Source of the DNA: Wolbachia endosymbiont of Cimex lectularius
GTDB lineage: Bacteria; Pseudomonadota; Alphaproteobacteria; Rickettsiales; Anaplasmataceae
Length of the DNA stretch: 32,000 nucleotides
Assembly (NCBI RefSeq): GCF_000829315.1
Contig: NZ_AP013028.1
Coordinates: 150,001-182,000 of the forward strand
Direction: 5' to 3'
The position numbers and the translations under genes were made by a program. Numbering within the stretch: the stretch's first letter is position 1; each line of letters opens with the position of its first letter. Of this stretch, positions 27,001-32,000 are shown in pieces. Below the pieces are notes generated by a model that had not been told where the DNA came from, made no database searches, and was given only the letters and a program-made list of their open reading frames with translations.

Positions 27001-27123
27001 AAGAGAAGGGATTACTTGGATAACACCCTACTGGCTACTTTGGTGATAAGAAAAGAGGGTGTTAGAATGGCATCATAGGAGCTGTTTGCATGACGCCATT
27101 AGTTGCTGGCTTAAAGGAAAATA

Positions 27124-27571
27124 TCAACTGGGTTTATAATCTATCACTACCGTATTTGCAATTTTATCATGAAAAGCTTGTCTATGCTTATCATCTACTG
27201 CACATACTAAAACTAAGATTAGTATAGCTAAGAATAAAATAGGATTGCAAAGTGGTATACAGTAAATTATGAAAAAAGCGATAATCCTTTTTATTGCTTG
27301 TATTAGAGTAATCTGCTCAAGTGTATCTTTGTCTCTCACACGCATGCTAAATAACAAGTGTCCTGGAGTGCCGCCAAATTTTACTAGCATGAATATGTGA
27401 AATACACATGGTATCATCAAAAATAAAGAAAATACAATCGTGGTGATTACAATTATTGCCCCCATGACCCCTTTTATTGCGTGTGTGAGTGAGAAACCTA
27501 CCGCCACCAAAAAACGGTATTACAATAAGTAAAACACAATCAACTATAAATGCTAAAGTACGTCTTGTCAT
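27124..27571 (-). pseudogene. RDD family protein gene with apparent frameshift near 27500
   Basis: Frame 27347..27571 gives MTRRTLAFIVDCVLLIVIPFF, frame 27124..27510 gives the rest (GGTPGHLLFSMRVRDKDTLEQITLIQAIKRII...HDKIANTVVIDYKPS). Confidence 0.65.
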
Positions 27572-27620
27572 TGTTGAGTAGTTTACTTTTTTATCAATAC
27601 ACTGTCTATAAAGAGAAGTA

Positions 27621-27819
27621 TTAACTAGGTTTATAATCTATCACTACTGTTTTTGCAATTTTATCATGAAGAAATTGCTTGCGTTGGTCAAATATTGCAA
27701 ACATTAAAATTAAAATTGGCAAAATTGCTAACCACCAAGAAACATACTCAATCAAAAAAAGAAAACCAAATGATAAAGCTGTTTCAGAAATGCATCTTAT
27801 TGTTGCTTGCATTGGAGTA
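27621..27819 (-). pseudogene. RDD family C-terminal remnant, interrupted by IS insertion
   Basis: TPMQATIRCISETALSFGFLFLIEYVSWWLA...FLHDKIAKTVVIDYKPS; shares the C-terminal DKIAxTVVIDYKPS with the adjacent RDD gene. Confidence 0.6.
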
Positions 27820-27828
27820 AGAACCTGT

Positions 27829-28293
27829 TTAAAATCTTCGTAACAGGAGAGAAATGAAGGAGAGGACTATCATCTGTAAGCTAGTGTTGAGCTTCCGCTC
27901 GCAATTTTTCCACAATCGCCTGCACTTTTCTAACCAGGCAAAAGAGCGTTCAACAACCCATCTTTTTGGCAATACAACGAAAGTGTGTAACTCACTTCGC
28001 TTTATTACTTCAACAGTCGCACCAATGATAGCTTTTATTTGTGTTGCAAAATTTTCTCCTGTGTAGCCAGCATCAACCAGTATGTTTTTAACTTCAGAGA
28101 GGTTTGCTTTAGCATTTTCGACCATTTTCACAGCACTGCTACGGTCAGTTGCTTCTGCCGTTGTTACATAAATTGCATGTGGCAAACCTTGTGTATCAAC
28201 TGCAATATGGCGCTTTATCCCTGAAATCTTTTTACCTGCATCATAGCCTTTTTTTTTCAGCAGTATCTGCGTTTTTAACGCTTTGAGAATCAA
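27829..28293 (-). CDS. IS5-family transposase ORFB; frame of the first catalytic segment (DSQSV) is broken by A9 vs A8 in other copies
   Basis: MILKALKTQILLKKKGYDAGKKISGIKRHIAVDTQG...; other copies have GAAAAAAAAGG (A8) giving IIDSQSVKNADTAEKKGYD in one frame. Confidence 0.75.
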   Translation of the reverse strand: MILKALKTQILLKKKGYDAGKKISGIKRHIAVDTQGLPHAIYVTTAEATDRSSAVKMVENAKANLSEVKNILVDAGYTGENFATQIKAIIGATVEVIKRSELHTFVVLPKRWVVERSFAWLEKCRRLWKNCERKLNTSLQMIVLSFISLLLRRF

Positions 28294-28304
28294 TTATACA
28301 AAAG

Positions 28305-28625
28305 CTAGTTTTCTCTTTCCGACCATTGCTGATACGGACCTCTCCAACTAATTTTTTTTAAGACTAATTCCAACAAGCTTGGCTCTTCTCCACTCTTTTT
28401 ACTCCACACTCGAAAATAGTAATATACGCTTTCCCATCTTGGAAAACCCTTTGGTAACATCCTCCACTGACAACCACTTTTTAAGACGTACAACACCCCA
28501 CAAAATACGTCATACAAATCAAGTTTTCTTGGTTTTGTTTTCTGCTTGCTACTCTCCAAAATTGGCCTGATTTTTTCAAACTGCTCTTGACTTATATTAC
28601 TTGGATAACTTTTCTGCATAGACAC
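28305..28625 (-). CDS. IS5-family transposase ORFA
   Basis: MSMQKSYPSNISQEQFEKIRPILE...LDLYDVFCGVLYVLKSGCQWRMLPKGFPRWESVYYYFRVW. Confidence 0.88.
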   Translation of the reverse strand: MSMQKSYPSNISQEQFEKIRPILESSKQKTKPRKLDLYDVFCGVLYVLKSGCQWRMLPKGFPRWESVYYYFRVWSKKSGEEPSLLELVLKKISWRGPYQQWSEREN

Positions 28626-28880
28626 CTCATTATTAATCTATGCTTACTTTACCTCACATTTCCAAGATTTTAAACAGGTTCTTAGAGCTGAAATATTTTA
28701 CAAGGGAAGGTGAAACTGCACGCTCAATGGCGTCAACTTAAGGAAAAATGTCAGCGACTATTGTACAAAATTTCTCCCTAAAATTTTTACCATTAAATTA
28801 TCCAAAAGCTGCAAGAAACAAGCACTTTTGCTTCTATTTTATTTCAACAAAGAAGTTTAAAATGTGTCCTTTTTAGGTGA

Positions 28881-28921
28881 GCCTTGTCAAGGCGCGCATG
28901 TCAAAGCTAGTTTGATGTGCG
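28881..28921. repeat. Two adjacent hairpins: GCCTTGtCAAGGC and CGCATGTCAAA-gctag-TTTGATGTGCG
   Basis: Direct reading; second stem is 11 bp with two G-T pairs. Confidence 0.5.
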
Positions 28922-28976
28922 AGAGATCTATTGACAGATGATTAAACTATGATGTAGCCTATCACCATACGTTCAA

Positions 28977-29513
28977 GTGTGGGTTGTGAGGTTTTTATAC
29001 TTTTTGCTTTTGTTGTTGTGTTTTTCTCTGTATTACTATGCAGGTCCTATATCTTCGCCATGCCCAAAAGCTACAGTTTGCTTCTCGCCTGAAGAAGACT
29101 GTGCTGTGCCGATAATCAGCGAGATAGACCAATCTAAAGAATCCATCTTAGTTCAAGAATATACATTTACTCTTAAAGCGATTGCAAATGCTTTGATTAA
29201 TGCTAAGGAGCGTGGTGTTGATGTTAAAGTCATTTTAGATAAATCGCAACTTTACTCGAAACATAGTGTTATAAATGAATTGTCTGCAAGCGGAATACCA
29301 GTTTGGATTGATGATAAGCCAAAAATCGCCCATAATAAGGTAATAATTATCGATAATCAAAAAGTCATCACAGGGTCATTTAACCTTAGTAAAACAGCCG
29401 AAAAAGGGAATGCTGAGAATCTATTAATTATTAAAGAATACCCTGAATTAGTTCAGCAGTATGTGAAAAACTGGGAGACACTAAAGTCACAATTTTATCA
29501 ATACGCTCCCTAG
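28977..29513 (+). CDS. Phospholipase D-like family protein (single HKD motif, signal peptide or N-terminal TM)
   Basis: KESILVQEYTFTLKAIANALINAKERGVDVKVILD; HNKVIIIDNQKVITGSFNLSKTAEKGNAENLLII. Confidence 0.85.
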   Translation: MWVVRFLYFLLLLLCFSLYYYAGPISSPCPKATVCFSPEEDCAVPIISEIDQSKESILVQEYTFTLKAIANALINAKERGVDVKVILDKSQLYSKHSVINELSASGIPVWIDDKPKIAHNKVIIIDNQKVITGSFNLSKTAEKGNAENLLIIKEYPELVQQYVKNWETLKSQFYQYAP

Positions 29514-29604
29514 GTACTTGCTGAAAAATAGTGGAAAGAAGTTTTCTAGTTGATTGATGTAATTGCGCATGCTATAATAAGTTAAAGGTTTTAGGAATTA
29601 GGCG

Positions 29605-30144
29605 ATGGGTTATATAAACGATGCTGCTGGTAGTTACACTACCATTCATGATTTTTTTCACAATAACGGGGCAGGAGACTATAAAGTTCAATGCAGTTAC
29701 AACGGTGTACCTTATGCAACTGACGAGTGCATACATGCCGGAGATAAGTTCTACGCTGACAATTTTATGGACTCGCATTATGGTAGGGAGATAAAAATGT
29801 ACCCCCAAAGTGAACTTTTAGCTAAAGAATATGCTGGAAATATGTTACCTGTTTCAATATCACTGGATAAAGATTTAATAAAAATAAAAGACTGTCAGAA
29901 AAAAGCTGAATTTGCAGAACTAGGGGGGAAATCAGATGATCTAGTGTATGATAAGCAAGAGCGTATAAAGTGCCACACAACGGAGTTATCATATGGTGAT
30001 GTTTTTGCTTATGATAATAAAACTTCAACACTTAACATTAGACATGATGCGCCAAGTGATCCGCAATGCAGTTTAAGTATAGCATTCACAAAGGTTAATG
30101 ATAATAAACCAGGGTTTTGGCAAAAACTTAAAAATATGTTTTAG
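29605..30144 (+). CDS. Hypothetical protein, 179 aa, no family recognised
   Basis: ATG start, complete ORF MGYINDAAGSYTTIHDFFHNNGAG...; cysteine-containing soluble protein. Confidence 0.65.
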   Translation: MGYINDAAGSYTTIHDFFHNNGAGDYKVQCSYNGVPYATDECIHAGDKFYADNFMDSHYGREIKMYPQSELLAKEYAGNMLPVSISLDKDLIKIKDCQKKAEFAELGGKSDDLVYDKQERIKCHTTELSYGDVFAYDNKTSTLNIRHDAPSDPQCSLSIAFTKVNDNKPGFWQKLKNMF

Positions 30145-30262
30145 CTAAAGTAGCATTCTTCTCAATGAAAAGATTTTGTATATGTTTGCTTTATTTGTCT
30201 TGAACTATTGATAAGTCTGTTACAATAAAGTATAACTCTATTAGCTAAATATTACTTGAGAC

Positions 30263-31021
30263 ATGGAGATTTTTTGGACAACTTTGGAAAAGACATTGGG
30301 TAAAGTTTTTCCTGCTAAAATAGTGAGCTCTTTTTTAGGAATAGGGTACTTACCAGGTTGGCAGAACTATTGGTCTTCTTTTTTTATATTATTTGTTACC
30401 GATATCATATTGGTTCTCGTATACGGAGGAGATTTTATACTATACAAAATGCCAAATTCGGGCGTAGTTGTGGCTGCTATTTTTGTGAAGTTGGCAATAG
30501 TTATGTTAGTACTACAATTAGTTGGAATATCCATTTTTCATACTCAAGACCCTTCAGCAAACAGTGGTGAAAATATAGTAATACAAATAGCGTCAGGACA
30601 AGTGCTGACTGTTGCGTTTTCAATGCCAGCAATAATGTCAATTTATCATGCTGTAAGTAAACTCTATGGAAGCATATGTAAGCAGATACTTCAATGTCCA
30701 TTTTGGTTTAATGATTTCATGCACTTGTTCTTTTTCTTTATTATACCTTATGCATTTTTTAATATTGTGGAAGTGATAAAACCTTGGCCAATAACTTCGA
30801 TACAGCTCAGTTATAACAATGCAATATCAATTACACTTGAGGGGATTTTCCATACGTTTTATGCAGTAATTTTGCTGTATTTGACTGCATTTATATTCTG
30901 CGATTTAACTATGCATAACGCAATTGTCCTAAACAAGAGCATAATTCAGTATGTGAAAGAAAATTCAGTAGCCTTGAGTGACTACTTGCATAACACCATA
31001 AAAAAAATAAATATTGAATAG
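30263..31021 (+). CDS. Multi-pass membrane protein, divergent PgpA-like (phosphatidylglycerophosphatase A)
   Basis: SSFLGIGYLPGWQNYWSSFFILF resembles PgpA FLGLGYLPxAPGTxGS; FFNIVEVIKPWPITSIQ resembles FRxFDIxKPWPIxxl; plus a DPSxxxxENIVIQIASGQ block. Confidence 0.5.
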   Translation: MEIFWTTLEKTLGKVFPAKIVSSFLGIGYLPGWQNYWSSFFILFVTDIILVLVYGGDFILYKMPNSGVVVAAIFVKLAIVMLVLQLVGISIFHTQDPSANSGENIVIQIASGQVLTVAFSMPAIMSIYHAVSKLYGSICKQILQCPFWFNDFMHLFFFFIIPYAFFNIVEVIKPWPITSIQLSYNNAISITLEGIFHTFYAVILLYLTAFIFCDLTMHNAIVLNKSIIQYVKENSVALSDYLHNTIKKINIE

Positions 31022-31065
31022 TACCTATTTGCTTATATATTCAGCATAAAAAGTGTGCAGTTTAC

Positions 31066-31905
31066 GTGAACCTACAAAGTATAATAAAGGGATTGCAAGA
31101 TTTTTGGGCTGGTGAAGGATGCACCATACTCCATCCATACACATCCGAAGTTGGGGCTGGAACGTTGCATCCTGCAACAATCATGTCAGCAATTGATGCA
31201 AAACCAACAAAGATTGCGTATCTACAACCAGTAATTAGGCCAGCAGATGGACGCTATGGTGATAACCCTAATCGCTTATATCAACACCATCAATACCAAG
31301 TTATAATCAAACCTTCCGGTAATAATTTGCAGGATGTTTACCTAAGTAGCTTAAAGGCTATTGGCATATCTACAGAGAAGTATGATATTAAATTTATTGA
31401 AGATGATTGGGAAAATCCAAGTGTTGGTGCATCAGGGCTTGGATGGGAAGTTACATGCAACGGGATGGAAGTAACACAACTTACTTATATACAGCAAGTA
31501 GGAGGTATTGACTGCAAAATAATTCCTGGCGAGGTGGCGTATGGGCTAGAACGTTTGGCAATGTGCATACAAGGTGTAGATAATGTTTATGATATAATTT
31601 GGAACAACAACGGCGTGACTTATGGAGACATCTTTAAGCAAAGAGAGTATGAATTTTCTCACCTGGCGCTTGATTATTATGATACTAAAGTGGTACAGCA
31701 GCAGTTTGAGGACACAGAAAAACTATGTAAATTTCTTATTGGAAAAGAATTACCAGTAGCAGCTTATGACCAATGCGTTAAAACTAGCCACCTACTTAAT
31801 CTGCTTGATGCAAGAGGTGTGCTTGGTGTGAATGAGCGCACAGTGTATATTGGTAGAGTTAGAGAGCTGACAAAAAAATGTTGTGAATTATATATGGGTA
31901 AGTAA
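31066..31905 (+). CDS. glyQ: Glycyl-tRNA synthetase alpha subunit
   Basis: IIKGLQDFWAGEGCTILHPYTSEVGAGTLHPATIMSAI; YVQP-like YLQPVIRPADGRYGDNPNRLYQHHQYQVIIKPS. Confidence 0.97.
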   Translation: MNLQSIIKGLQDFWAGEGCTILHPYTSEVGAGTLHPATIMSAIDAKPTKIAYLQPVIRPADGRYGDNPNRLYQHHQYQVIIKPSGNNLQDVYLSSLKAIGISTEKYDIKFIEDDWENPSVGASGLGWEVTCNGMEVTQLTYIQQVGGIDCKIIPGEVAYGLERLAMCIQGVDNVYDIIWNNNGVTYGDIFKQREYEFSHLALDYYDTKVVQQQFEDTEKLCKFLIGKELPVAAYDQCVKTSHLLNLLDARGVLGVNERTVYIGRVRELTKKCCELYMGK

Positions 31906-31908
31906 CAT

Positions 31909-32000
31909 ATGTCGTCACAATTATTATTTGAATGCCTTTCAGAAGAAATACCACCGAGAATGCAAAATTCAGCTACAGCTCAAGTTAAGAGTTATGTTGC
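31909..32000 (+). CDS. glyS: Glycyl-tRNA synthetase beta subunit, N-terminus only (runs off window)
   Basis: ATG at 31909: MSSQLLFECLSEEIPPRMQNSATAQVKSYV; immediately follows glyQ. Confidence 0.88.
   Translation, partial: MSSQLLFECLSEEIPPRMQNSATAQVKSYV

Larger units (their letters stand above)
27820..28682 (-). mobile_element. IS5-family insertion sequence, 863 bp, with TA target duplication
   Basis: 18-bp perfect terminal inverted repeats; TA at 27818..27819 and 28683..28684; two ORFs (28305..28625, 27829..28293). Confidence 0.93.

Overview
This window reads as an alphaproteobacterial endosymbiont chromosome segment, most likely Wolbachia (an inference from low GC, protein sequences and repeat style, not from a database search). 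Housekeeping genes: hflK-hflC-htrA; metG; dnaB (-); tRNA-Leu(CAA); addA-type helicase/nuclease (-); ispE; an Mth938-like protein; znuB-type permease; holA; dut; murJ; an AsmA-like protein; glyQ and the start of glyS. Accessory material: three copies of an IS5-family element (one cut by the window edge), a truncated DUF1016/YhcG-type gene, a decayed ankyrin-repeat gene, decayed RDD genes, a PLD-family protein and several small membrane or unknown proteins. The most interesting signal is a dispersed intergenic element family. Five loci start with AAAAAACTACTTGACA-N17-TAtaAT-like sigma70 promoters (one is the perfect consensus TTGACA-N17-TATAAT), and a related promoter lies at a sixth position. 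Each has downstream conserved hairpin-forming sequence, a shared 3' module (CGCCAA...GGGGTTT-T-tract...CTTGGTAAATTTCTTAAAT) and a T-tract. I propose these as candidate multicopy small RNAs or mobile promoter elements. Other notable points are palindromic repeats carried in-frame inside addA at three sites, a PgpA-like protein that seems to lack its acidic active-site residues, a pair of two-TM proteins sharing an ISKNNxISE motif, and two MITE-like inverted-repeat elements. Nothing was checked computationally beyond manual reading.
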